A DNA stretch of 64,000 nucleotides from a candidate division FCPU426 bacterium (lineage in GTDB: Bacteria; Oederibacteriota; Muellerivitia; Muellerivitales; Muellerivitaceae), in NCBI GenBank assembly GCA_963796105.1, contig CAWCKJ010000004.1, positions 448,001-512,000 of the forward strand, given 5' to 3'. Each line of letters starts with the position of its first letter. Position 1 is the first letter of the stretch. The position numbers and the translations under genes were made by a program. The notes under the pieces were generated by a model, which saw nothing but the letters and a program-made list of their open reading frames with translations, did no database searches and was not told where the DNA came from. This document shows, piece after piece, positions 49,881 to 59,099 of the stretch.

Positions 49881-50066
49881 TGTATAACCCCATTTGTAAT
49901 CTAATTTCCCGTTAATGATTAAAAATCAACAAAACCAAAGGTCCGCCGCAAAACCATCGCGCCGCGCCGATGTATTGTTAACGAGTGAATCTTGAGATTT
50001 TTTCCTTCCTGTGGCTCTGTGGTCCTCGAAGAGGACTTGTGGTTAACCTTGGTTTTAGTTGATGAT

Positions 50067-50789
50067 TTAAATATGATTCAAAATCGCGTCCAGCACCTTT
50101 TCCTTCTCCAGAAAATTCGAAAAAACAAAATCGGGTTTCTCGGCCTTCAATTGCTCCGCCGTGAAGGGCCCTGTGGCAACCGCCAAAGTACGGACCCCAA
50201 GGTGGCGCCCGCAATGAATGTCGTTGGGCGTGTCCCCGATGATGACGATTTCTTTCTCCGAAAACTTATGGCCGTACTTTTTCTCAGCCGCGTCCAAAGC
50301 CCGCTGGGGCAGTTCCGAGCGCTGGAGGGCGTTATCCCCGAAGGCCCCGAAGGAAAAATAGCCGTTCAAGCCCTGGGCCTCCAGCTTGATGCGCGCTCCT
50401 TCCTCAAAATTGCCCGTGAGAAGCCCCAATATTACCTCGCTTCTCTTGTGGAGTTCCGTCAAAAGTTCCCTCACCCCCGGCTTGAGGGTCACCATGCCAG
50501 GATCGCCTTCCACGATTCCCCTCAGGAAACCCAGGTACTTGTCCCTAATCGCGGGTGTCAAGGCTTCAATGCGTTGGGGTTCGACGGAATTCTGGCTCAG
50601 GATCTCAAAGATGATCTGGGTGTCGGTTTTTCCGCCGGGACGGTATTTGGAGGTATCAATGACGCGGGGATCACCGGCTTCCGCGAATGCCCGCTCCATC
50701 GCGTCCTTGAAGGGGTCTTCCCAGGCCTTGCGCGAGGTGGTAAGAAGGGTACCGTCGATGTCGAACAGGACAAGCCTGGTGGGTTTCAT
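50067..50789 (-). CDS. HAD-superfamily hydrolase
   Basis: FDIDGTLL, LLTGN, IGDTPND. Confidence 0.88.
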   Translation of the reverse strand: MKPTRLVLFDIDGTLLTTSRKAWEDPFKDAMERAFAEAGDPRVIDTSKYRPGGKTDTQIIFEILSQNSVEPQRIEALTPAIRDKYLGFLRGIVEGDPGMVTLKPGVRELLTELHKRSEVILGLLTGNFEEGARIKLEAQGLNGYFSFGAFGDNALQRSELPQRALDAAEKKYGHKFSEKEIVIIGDTPNDIHCGRHLGVRTLAVATGPFTAEQLKAEKPDFVFSNFLEKEKVLDAILNHI

Positions 50790-50905
50790 GAAGGCGTAAA
50801 TCCGAGATGGCCGATTTGTTTACTGCGGCTCGTGTTTTGAAAAACAATCATTTTCATATTGTGAAAATCACGATCATTCAAAATTAAAAATTTAAAATTC
50901 ATAAT

Positions 50906-51457
50906 TTATTTTTCGATGGTCCCGTCTGAGAAGACGATCATGGTGGGATACCAAATCTGGCGCATTTCCTCCAATTTGAGTTTCTCGAAAGTCGCGAGGC
51001 CTTTCTTGGTGAAGCGTTCGATGCCGGCTTTCCAGTCCACCCCGGCTGTCTGACCCGGCGGAACCGCGGTAGTGGATTCCAATGTCCAATCGCAGATGTA
51101 CTCCCCGAACAAAGTGGTGAACCGCAAGACGCCGCGCACGCCGTGGATTTCCTTTCCTGTCATATTCTTGAGGGCGCATTTCAGGACGATTTTCTTCCGG
51201 TTCTGGTCGAATATTCCGCCGACCGACCCGATCAGGTCATCTCCCTTGTCATAAGCCCAAATCTTCAACAGCTTCGCCAGCTTGGCCGACGGTTGGGGAG
51301 AGGAGGACGCGCCGAAAGAGGGGCTATTCATATTCATGGCGGTAATAAAGGAGGACAGAATGAGGACAAGAGAAAGAGTTTTTTTCCAACCCAATTCACA
51401 CAGTTTCATATTGGATAACCTCCCTTTTAAAGAATAAAAACTATTTACAAAATTCAT
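50906..51457 (-). CDS. Secreted hypothetical protein (start uncertain; ATG at about 51409 likely)
   Basis: Signal-like segment, beta-rich domain ending IVFSDGT. Confidence 0.55.
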   Translation of the reverse strand: MNFVNSFYSLKGRLSNMKLCELGWKKTLSLVLILSSFITAMNMNSPSFGASSSPQPSAKLAKLLKIWAYDKGDDLIGSVGGIFDQNRKKIVLKCALKNMTGKEIHGVRGVLRFTTLFGEYICDWTLESTTAVPPGQTAGVDWKAGIERFTKKGLATFEKLKLEEMRQIWYPTMIVFSDGTIEK

Positions 51458-51468
51458 GGTTCACCACA

Positions 51469-51542
51469 TTCCAGCCCTCAAAAAAGCTTTTATTGAGGCT
51501 GGTATAGTAACGATCTCAATATTTCTTTATGGAAGATCGGCA
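51469..51542 (+). mobile_element. Double-hairpin mini-element C, copy 6 (degenerate ends)
   Basis: CA|TTCCAGCC...GGCTGGTA TAG TAACGATCT...AGATCGGCA|CG inside CACCACGGAGAC repeat. Confidence 0.75.
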
Positions 51543-51630
51543 CGGAGACTCAGCTAAGAAAAACCATTAAAATTCTTTCTTTTTAGCTGAGCCTCTGTGT
51601 CCCTGTGGTGAAATTGGTTTTTTTGTATCT

Positions 51631-53238
51631 TTAAATCACCCTTTGGTATTCCTTCAAATCCTTCTTCCAAACCGGCACCCCGCAGAAGCGGTCCCCTTCC
51701 GGGCAGGTGGGTTTGGTCCCGGCCCTGCTCCTGAGCCCGCAGGGGGGAAGAAGCCACTTACCGATACGGGGGTGCACTTCCCTCACCTGAAGGGCTTCAT
51801 CCACGGAAGCCTTCCAGATTTCCTCCTGAGCGTTGTAGCAAAGCCTCATGGCGTGCTTGTGGTGCAGGTTCAGCAGGTCGGAGGACTCGGAAAATCTCAA
51901 TGCCACTGCGTTGGGCAGGAGATAGGATGCGAACTCCTCGGAAACCCCAAGACGGCGCAGTTTCCCGATGGAATCCCATATTCTTTCCATGATTTGCCCG
52001 TATTCCTTGCCCAGAGAGGGTTCCTCCCTTAATAAAACCGGGAGGATATAGTCGGGTTCCTCCAGGGAAAGGGCGTGAAGAATCGGCCTGGAAGCGGGCG
52101 TCATGCGGTGTCTCTGGTCCTGGGAATCGGCTGTGTGGGATATCTTCTTGCGGAAAGTGTAATGGGGATGGAACAACGCCCGCGAGAGTTTGCTGTGGGT
52201 GGTGACATTCAGGGTTTCCCCCAGGTATTTGTTCTTGGCGGGGTCCAGGGCCAGGAGGATGGCCTCGTCATCGGAAAGCTCCGAAGCCGCCAAGCCGAAA
52301 AGTTCCCGTACGGAAGAGGCCAGGATTTTTTCCCCTTCCTTGGAGTAATCCGCCAGTTTAGAGGTGTAACTACCTAGGGATTTGTCGAATTCCGCACGGA
52401 AAGCCTTGTGGCTTCCTTCCGCCCTTTGGAATTCCCCGTACATCTGGGCCTCGGGAGTGGTCTCGAAATCCAGGGGTTCCTCCAGGATGGTCTTGTACTC
52501 GGGCGCGTGGTTCAGGACCGCCTCCACCATCTTCCCGACCACGATCCTTTGTTCCAGCGCCGCGTCGAATGTCTGGCAAAGCCTCCAGTAGCGCATAAGA
52601 GTGAGGGCGGAAACGGTGTGGTAAAGGTAGGCGAAAGTAGCCACCGGCAGGACGTACCGCGCCACTTCCTGGGATTTCTTCTGCATGTCAACCAGGGCCT
52701 GCTTGCCCCTCAGTTCCGCGTGCTTGAACCGGGCCTGGTATTCCCGCTCGACCAGCGGCTTGAGTTTTTCAGTCAAGGACTGATAGCCCTGAGTTTGGAA
52801 GGAAACCGTCTCACGGTAGAGGGAGGCGGCCTCGCCGGTCAGGGGAGGCATGGCGATCTGGGAAGGGTCCACCGTCACGTAGCGTTGGGAGACCTGTTCG
52901 GAATTATAGAAAGGATGGCTGTGCAGGAAACTCCAGATGAACTGCCTGGACACGTTTTCCAGCGCGAACTGGAAATGGGCGTGCTGAAGGGTCGTGTGGT
53001 GCCCTGCCTTGTAAATAGATTGGGCCAGGTCATCGCGATTATGGCGGCGCTCCTCGAGTTTTTCCCCCTCCAAGCCTTCCCCTGCCACCTGTTCGGCCGA
53101 GATGATACCTTTGCTGGAATAACAGGTCCTCGCCGTCGCCACGGCGTTGTCGAAGGGTTTGGCGAAAGCGTTGACCAGGGTCACCTTGGGTTCCAGGGAC
53201 AAAAAAGAGGGAGAAAGAGGTTCTGTTATTTCAGGCAC
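51631..53238 (-). CDS. thyX: Two-domain FAD-dependent thymidylate synthase (ThyX/Thy1)
   Basis: ARTCYS, GH.T..QH, VSR, SQRY, ARYVLP in domain 1; QRHR, YLLPNA, RLC..AQEEI in domain 2. Confidence 0.82.
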   Translation of the reverse strand: MPEITEPLSPSFLSLEPKVTLVNAFAKPFDNAVATARTCYSSKGIISAEQVAGEGLEGEKLEERRHNRDDLAQSIYKAGHHTTLQHAHFQFALENVSRQFIWSFLHSHPFYNSEQVSQRYVTVDPSQIAMPPLTGEAASLYRETVSFQTQGYQSLTEKLKPLVEREYQARFKHAELRGKQALVDMQKKSQEVARYVLPVATFAYLYHTVSALTLMRYWRLCQTFDAALEQRIVVGKMVEAVLNHAPEYKTILEEPLDFETTPEAQMYGEFQRAEGSHKAFRAEFDKSLGSYTSKLADYSKEGEKILASSVRELFGLAASELSDDEAILLALDPAKNKYLGETLNVTTHSKLSRALFHPHYTFRKKISHTADSQDQRHRMTPASRPILHALSLEEPDYILPVLLREEPSLGKEYGQIMERIWDSIGKLRRLGVSEEFASYLLPNAVALRFSESSDLLNLHHKHAMRLCYNAQEEIWKASVDEALQVREVHPRIGKWLLPPCGLRSRAGTKPTCPEGDRFCGVPVWKKDLKEYQRVI

Positions 53239-53469
53239 TGGATATTCCTTACTGGTGTCCGTGTTGAACGATTGGGATGTGTTGATTTTAACTTAAAGTA
53301 CATCGATGAGCGCTTCTTTTTCAAGTTTACAACCAAAGAAGAATCATTTGATACCAGCGTTTCCGAGGCAGGCAGCCGTTTATTTCTCCGGTAACCCATT
53401 TCCTTAATCGCCCCACCCCCTTGCTTCCCCTCAAGTTCGAATCGTAATATTAAATATGTCGGCTATACT

Positions 53470-53641
53470 TTCACGACACGTAAAGAAATTTTTTACCGCA
53501 GATAACAACCGACATGCTCCGCACGTGCCGATAACGGCTTATAGTTCAAGACTTTCACAAACTTATCGGCGTCCATCGGGTTTGATCGGCGGTTCCATGT
53601 CTTTTTCTTTTATTTGTTGTAAAGGGATACTTACCTTAAAT
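53470..53641 (+). repeat. Repeat D, copy 1 (about 172 bp)
   Basis: Highly similar to 59100-59271. Confidence 0.9.
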
Positions 53642-53669
53642 ATTCACGACGAATCATAAAGGAACCCCC

Positions 53670-55103
53670 ATGCCGAATAAACCATCCACCTTGGGCGAAC
53701 TCAAGGAATCCCAATATCCTGATTTCTCGGTCAAGGAAGAGCTGGAAAGAAACCTCATTAAAAAACTGAGGACGGGGGAACCTCTCTTCCCCATGATCCA
53801 CGGCTTTGACGATACGGTCATCCCCCAGATGGTAAACGCCCTGCTTTCCCACCATGACATCGTGTTCCTAGGAGAAAAGGGCCAGGCCAAAAGCCGACTT
53901 ATGCGCACCCTGGTGCAGTTCCTGGACGAGGAAATCCCCATCGTGAAGGGATGCGAGATCCACGACCATCCTTACCATCCCATCTGCAGTGCCTGCCGAA
54001 AGAAACTGGCGGAGCATGGGAAAAACCTCGAAATTGAATGGATCGGCCGGGATGCCCGTTACAGCGAGCGCCTCTCCCCTGGAACCAAGATCGCCGACTT
54101 GATCGGGGACCTGGACCCGGCCAAGGTGGCCGCGGGCAATCCCCTGGCCAGCGAGGAAGCCATCCACTTCGGCCTCATCCCCCGCATGAACCGCGGACTT
54201 TTCGCCGTGAACGAGCTTCCCGACCTGGAATACTTGGTCCAGGTGGCCCTCTTCAATATATTGGAGGAGCGCGACATCCAGGTTCGCGGTTATCCCCTTC
54301 GGTTCAACCTGGATATCATTCTCATGTTCACCGCCAACCCTGAGGAATACACCCGCGCCGGAAAGATCATCACCCAGCTCAAGGACCGCATCGGGGCCGA
54401 AATCAGGACCCACTATCCCATGACGAGGGAAATGGGATTGAAGATCGTCCGGCAGGAAGCCCGGGTTCCCACCGATGACGATGTCAAGCTGACCATCCCT
54501 GACTTCATGGCCGAGATCATCGAGCAGATCACCCTGGAAGCCCGTCGAAGCCCCTATGTCAACCAGAAATCCGGCGTCTCGGCCAGGCTCTCCATCGCCA
54601 ATTACGAGACCATGATCGCCAACGCCAGGCGCAGGGCCTATGTCCTGGGGGAGAAGGAAGCTGTCCCCCGCATGTCCGACCTGAATTACCTCTATACCTC
54701 CTCTTCCGGCAAGATCGAGCTGGACCCCTTCCGGGAGGAAACCGTCACGGAATTCCAGGTTTTCGGCAAGATCATGGACAAGGCCGTGGCCCAGGTTTTC
54801 AAGGAGCATATGGACCGGGGCCATTTGGAAATCGGCGCCCCCGACATGTCCGGGGATAAGCACATCCGAATCTCGGAATTGACCCCATCGAAGGAGTACA
54901 AGAACATCATTTCGCAATTGCCCCAGGTCTGGGAGCCGGTGCATCACTTGAACGGGAAGAATTCAGAGGTTTACCAGGCTTCCTGCGTGGAATTCGTGCT
55001 GGAGGGCTTTCACCTTACTGGAAAGCTTTCCCGGACCAAGGTGGGTGATTTCTTTGACTACCAGCCGCCGGCTCCGCCCAAGCGGAAAAAAGCGGAAGAG
55101 TAA
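53670..55103 (+). CDS. Mg-chelatase-like AAA+ ATPase
   Basis: GEKGQAKSR Walker A variant, NELPDL Walker B, TANPEEYT..GKIIT.LKDR. Confidence 0.85.
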   Translation: MPNKPSTLGELKESQYPDFSVKEELERNLIKKLRTGEPLFPMIHGFDDTVIPQMVNALLSHHDIVFLGEKGQAKSRLMRTLVQFLDEEIPIVKGCEIHDHPYHPICSACRKKLAEHGKNLEIEWIGRDARYSERLSPGTKIADLIGDLDPAKVAAGNPLASEEAIHFGLIPRMNRGLFAVNELPDLEYLVQVALFNILEERDIQVRGYPLRFNLDIILMFTANPEEYTRAGKIITQLKDRIGAEIRTHYPMTREMGLKIVRQEARVPTDDDVKLTIPDFMAEIIEQITLEARRSPYVNQKSGVSARLSIANYETMIANARRRAYVLGEKEAVPRMSDLNYLYTSSSGKIELDPFREETVTEFQVFGKIMDKAVAQVFKEHMDRGHLEIGAPDMSGDKHIRISELTPSKEYKNIISQLPQVWEPVHHLNGKNSEVYQASCVEFVLEGFHLTGKLSRTKVGDFFDYQPPAPPKRKKAEE

Positions 55104-55189
55104 GGATTACTAATAAAATTCGAGGAACCTAGATAAATAAAGTCAGAGTCTTTTTAGTCAAAAATACGTTAATCAAAACCAAGTCCTTT

Positions 55190-55401
55190 GCCACGGATTC
55201 AGGGGATGCAGGGGATGGGCAAGAAATTGGATTTTGCATGAAAAGTTTATCGATCGTGTTCTATGGCTCAGCCGACGGCCAATGGAAAAATTAATTTTTC
55301 CACGATCCGCAGGCAGGGCCATAACGCCCAGTGGGCGCAAAGGCAAAGCCTTTGTCACGATCTAGACTTGTTGAATCCCATGAATCCCATGCATCTGTGG
55401 C
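55190..55401 (+). repeat. Repeat shell A, copy 4, with module B (55252-55362)
   Basis: GCCACGGATTCAGGGGATGCAGGGGAT...GATCGTG...CACGATC...ATCCCATGAATCCCATGCATCTGTGGC. Confidence 0.92.
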
Positions 55402-55439
55402 TAGAGATTTTTTAAACAGGTGCGTTGAGAAGGTGTTCC

Positions 55440-57188
55440 ATGATTACCCATGATTATTCCGAATGGCATGAGCCGGAGAAGCCCCCCTTCACGATCGAGG
55501 ATCTCGTCAACGCCGTGAAGGAAATCATGATGCAGTACCACGTCACTTTCGACGAGGCCCTGCGCCACCTGCAGGAAAGGGGCATTCCCTACAACCAGTT
55601 CCTCAAACTCAGCGGCCTGGAGGACCTGATCCAGGGCCACTTGGACGAGTTGGAGCGGCAAAAAAAGGAAATCCTGGAGAACCACCGCTTGGACGACCTC
55701 TTGACCCGCCTGGAGGAGTCCCTCCGCAGAAGGAAAAACGACTTGGAACGCCAGCTCTCAAAGCTCCAGGACCCGAAGCTGTCCGAAAAAATGCGGGAAG
55801 CCTTGGAAAAGCGCAATCCTTCCACACTGTACAGCATGGACTGGCTCCTGTCCCGTTTAGGGGACGCGAACTCGGAAGAGGCGAGAAAAGCCCTCCAGGA
55901 GTTGATCCTTCAGGTCCAGCAGATGCAATCCTTGACCGAGCTATACGAGAACTACACATTCACGGGCCAAAAAAGCCTTTCGATAAAAGAAGCGGAACGT
56001 CTCAAGGAACGCCTCGCCATGCTGGAGGAGTTGGAGGGCCAGTTGAGGGACGCCCTGGAGAACGGGGACCTGTTCAATATGGAAGTGGAATCCCTGAGGG
56101 AAATCCTTGGCGAGGAGGCGGCTCAGGCATTCGAGGCGAAGAGAGAAGAAATCAAGAAACAATTCAATGAGGCCATGAAGGCGACGGGGGATGTTGATTA
56201 CGACGAGGAATCCGACATCTACAAAATCACCCCCGGGGCCGCGAGAAAGATCGGGGAGAAAGCCCTCAAGGAAGTCTTTTCCCGTCTCTTTACAGACGGC
56301 ATTGGCCGGCACCATGCCGCCTTCACCGGCGACGGCAACGTGGAAATGACGGTCACCAAGCCCTACGAGTTCGGCGATTCCCTCACCAACCTGGACCTGC
56401 CGGGAAGCCTATTAAACTCCGCCATCCGCCAGGCGGGAAACCCGGAGGGGCTGGAGGGCGGCCGTATCCGTATCGACACGCGGGATTTCATGGTGCACCA
56501 AACCAAGGGCGCGGCTTCCTCGGCCATCGTCATGCTCATCGACCAGAGCGGTTCCATGTCCCGCTTCGGGCGTTTCTACAACTCCAAGAAGCTGGCCCTC
56601 GCCTTGGACGCCTTGATCCGCACCGAGTATCCCGAGGACAAGCTGTACTTCGTAGGCTTTTCCACCTTCGCCAAGCAGATTTCGGTGGGTTCCATCCCAG
56701 AGTTGGCACCCAAACCCGTCACCATGATGGGCGGAGCCCTCAACCTGCGGTTCGATTTCTCGCGCGAAGGCATGGACCGCACGCGCGAGTTCATCCCAGA
56801 GCATTTCACCAACCTGCAGAAGGGGCTCGATCTGGCCCGGGTGCTGTTAGCCAACCTGGACACCAAGAACAAGAGCGTTCTCTTGATCACTGACGGGGCT
56901 CCGACCGCCTTTTACGAGGGTCCCTACCTTTACCTGACCTATCCCCCGAACGAGCGAACCTATGAAAGGACCCTCCGGGAGGTGAAAATGGTCACCGACG
57001 AGGGCATCACCATCAACACCTTCATGATGGGCAACGAGATCGACGGCGGTTATTTCGGCGAGGGGGACTTTTTGGATGACATGCATAAGATCAACCAGGG
57101 CCGTCTGATCTTCCCCGCCCCCGACAAGCTCACGCAGTACGTCCTGAAGGACTACCTGGACCACAAGAAAAAGATTATTCAGATTTAA
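55440..57188 (+). CDS. VWA-domain partner of the AAA ATPase
   Basis: MIDAS DQSGS, TN, ITDGAPTA; coiled-coil N-terminus. Confidence 0.85.
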   Translation: MITHDYSEWHEPEKPPFTIEDLVNAVKEIMMQYHVTFDEALRHLQERGIPYNQFLKLSGLEDLIQGHLDELERQKKEILENHRLDDLLTRLEESLRRRKNDLERQLSKLQDPKLSEKMREALEKRNPSTLYSMDWLLSRLGDANSEEARKALQELILQVQQMQSLTELYENYTFTGQKSLSIKEAERLKERLAMLEELEGQLRDALENGDLFNMEVESLREILGEEAAQAFEAKREEIKKQFNEAMKATGDVDYDEESDIYKITPGAARKIGEKALKEVFSRLFTDGIGRHHAAFTGDGNVEMTVTKPYEFGDSLTNLDLPGSLLNSAIRQAGNPEGLEGGRIRIDTRDFMVHQTKGAASSAIVMLIDQSGSMSRFGRFYNSKKLALALDALIRTEYPEDKLYFVGFSTFAKQISVGSIPELAPKPVTMMGGALNLRFDFSREGMDRTREFIPEHFTNLQKGLDLARVLLANLDTKNKSVLLITDGAPTAFYEGPYLYLTYPPNERTYERTLREVKMVTDEGITINTFMMGNEIDGGYFGEGDFLDDMHKINQGRLIFPAPDKLTQYVLKDYLDHKKKIIQI

Positions 57189-57231
57189 CAAAGGGTTTTG
57201 GTTTAAAATAGCGGCAAGTTGAGGAGATATT

Positions 57232-57420
57232 ATGGCAACCGACAAAGAAGAAGTTCTTCAATTAATCAAAAATCTTCCTTCCGACGCCACTTTCGAGGAT
57301 AACCAATACCACATTTACATTCGTGAGAAAGTGGAAAAAGGGTTAGAGGACATAAGGGCAGGCAGAATTCTGTCCCATATTGAAGTCCAAGAAAAAATGG
57401 CAAAATGGCTCAAGCCATAA
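57232..57420 (+). CDS. Small ParD-like antitoxin
   Basis: KE.VL..I..LP.DAT.ED..Y.IY..EK.E.GL.DI..GR; GAGGAG RBS. Confidence 0.7.
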   Translation: MATDKEEVLQLIKNLPSDATFEDNQYHIYIREKVEKGLEDIRAGRILSHIEVQEKMAKWLKP

Positions 57421-57452
57421 TTTGGTCCGCTATCGATTTACAAAATTTAGAT
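57405..57452 (+). pseudogene. N-terminal remnant of a ParE/RelE toxin
   Basis: MAQAIIWSAIDLQNLD overlaps the antitoxin end; similarity is lost afterwards. Confidence 0.5.
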
Positions 57453-57517
57453 TTCGTCAAACTTCAGAAAACCTTTAAATTAGGCAAAATTCAGAATCCG
57501 TGGAAATCGGCCAATTC

Positions 57518-57582
57518 GTCATTGCGAGAATTGCCCCGCGAATAGCGGGGCGGTTATGACGAAGCAACCCCAGTTTAAATAA
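57518..57582 (+). repeat. Repeat E, empty allele (no element C)
   Basis: GTCATTGCGAGAATTGCCCCGCGAATAGCGGGGC...GACGAAGCAACCCCAGTTTAAAT. Confidence 0.85.
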
Positions 57583-57756
57583 CAAATTTTGCCCGCAGCA
57601 AAATCCGCCACCTTAAACCACCATCCTAATTTAAGTTAAAACCAGAAATGTTCTATTTGATATTCCCTTCCCAAACCGTTTAAATGAGTGAGTGCCGCGC
57701 TCAAAATTGATCTTCTGCACGTCCAAAGATGACCACAAACAAGTAAACGGGAACCC

Positions 57757-59034
57757 TTGATACCGGATAAAAACCAAACTCTAACCGCTGACGTCGGCGA
57801 GAATTTGCCCCCGCCCACGGGATGGCGCAAAACATTCGCGGCCCTGCGCAACCCGAACTACCGTTATTTTTTCATGGGGCAAGGGGTATCCCTCATGGGC
57901 ACCTGGGCCCGGTCCTCAGCCTTGGGATGGATGGCCTTCGCGATCACGAAATCGGAATTCAAGCTGGGCATGGTTAATTTTTTGAATTCCCTTCCCTTTT
58001 TCCTTTTCGCCGTCTATTCAGGTTCCCTCGCGGATCGTTTCCCAAAATTGAGGATTTTCACCCTCACCAGTTGTTTCGCCATGACTTGCTCGCTGGTCTT
58101 GGCATTGATGTTATTCCACGGTCCGGTGGGGATTGGTGTTCTATTCTTATTCGCGCCCCTTTGGGGCCTCGCGGTCGCCTTTGAGATGCCAGCCAGGCAA
58201 ACGCTCATGGTGGAACTCGTCGGGAAAAAGGACCTGGTTAACGCCATCGCCTTGAACAGCGCAATGGTTAATTCCTCCCGAATCATCGGCCCGGCTATCG
58301 GCGGTAATCTTTACGGCCTTTTTGGGCCAGCCTGGTGTTTTCTCATGGACGCCGTGAGTTTCTTGGCCGTTCTATTTGGTATTTCCAAGATCAAACTTCC
58401 CAAATCCACTGGATCCCAAACCCACAAGGGTGGTCTCAAGTATATTTCGGAAGGATTCAAGCATTTAAAAACAAACCCTAATATGGCCGAAACCATTTTG
58501 CTTCTTTTCACTATGGGGATTGGAGGATGGGCCTATCAATCCCAAATGCCCGCGTTTGTCTCAAAACAATTGGGAATGGGCGTCAAATACAACGGCTGGC
58601 TTTTGGCCATGAACGGCTTGGGTGCCTGCGCCGCGGCCCTGACCGTGGCCCACTTCGGGCACAAGCTGGTCAAGTTAAGGACTTTGTATATCGGGATCGG
58701 AATTTACAGTACCTTTATCATCCTATTCGGGTTCGTTCACACCCCCATCGCCGCGCCTTTCGTTATTTTCTTCGCCGGCTACGGTATTATTTTGTTTTTT
58801 TCCATCGGCAACAGTTTCATCCAAACCCACTCCCCCGATCACCTGAGGGGCCGGGTGATGGGTATCTGGGCCTTGGTTTTCGGGGGCGGTATGCCTATCG
58901 GCAGCTTTTGGATGGGGTTGGTGGCATCCCATACCGGTTCAGGACGCGCGCTTCAAATCGGTGGTGTTTTCTGCATCTTGGGGGCTTTTTTCGTTCACCA
59001 GAAGTTTCGCAAAACCGTCCCTGCCAAGCCTTGA
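57757..59034 (+). CDS. MFS transporter (MFS_3/DHA3-like)
   Basis: GQ.VS..GTW, G.LADR, PARQ, NAIALNS, P.HLRGRV. Confidence 0.88.
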   Translation: MIPDKNQTLTADVGENLPPPTGWRKTFAALRNPNYRYFFMGQGVSLMGTWARSSALGWMAFAITKSEFKLGMVNFLNSLPFFLFAVYSGSLADRFPKLRIFTLTSCFAMTCSLVLALMLFHGPVGIGVLFLFAPLWGLAVAFEMPARQTLMVELVGKKDLVNAIALNSAMVNSSRIIGPAIGGNLYGLFGPAWCFLMDAVSFLAVLFGISKIKLPKSTGSQTHKGGLKYISEGFKHLKTNPNMAETILLLFTMGIGGWAYQSQMPAFVSKQLGMGVKYNGWLLAMNGLGACAAALTVAHFGHKLVKLRTLYIGIGIYSTFIILFGFVHTPIAAPFVIFFAGYGIILFFSIGNSFIQTHSPDHLRGRVMGIWALVFGGGMPIGSFWMGLVASHTGSGRALQIGGVFCILGAFFVHQKFRKTVPAKP

Positions 59035-59099
59035 ATATCCACAAAGATTGAACCCCTCCCGCACTTGGATGAATTGGTATAAAATCTTGTGATTATAAC

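Noticed and set aside
53868..54947. Long antisense or alternate-frame ORFs (also 4755-5939, 15501-16424, 27063-28280, 40396-41700, 52408-53394)
   Set aside because: Shadow ORFs of GC-rich genes with no recognisable motifs.
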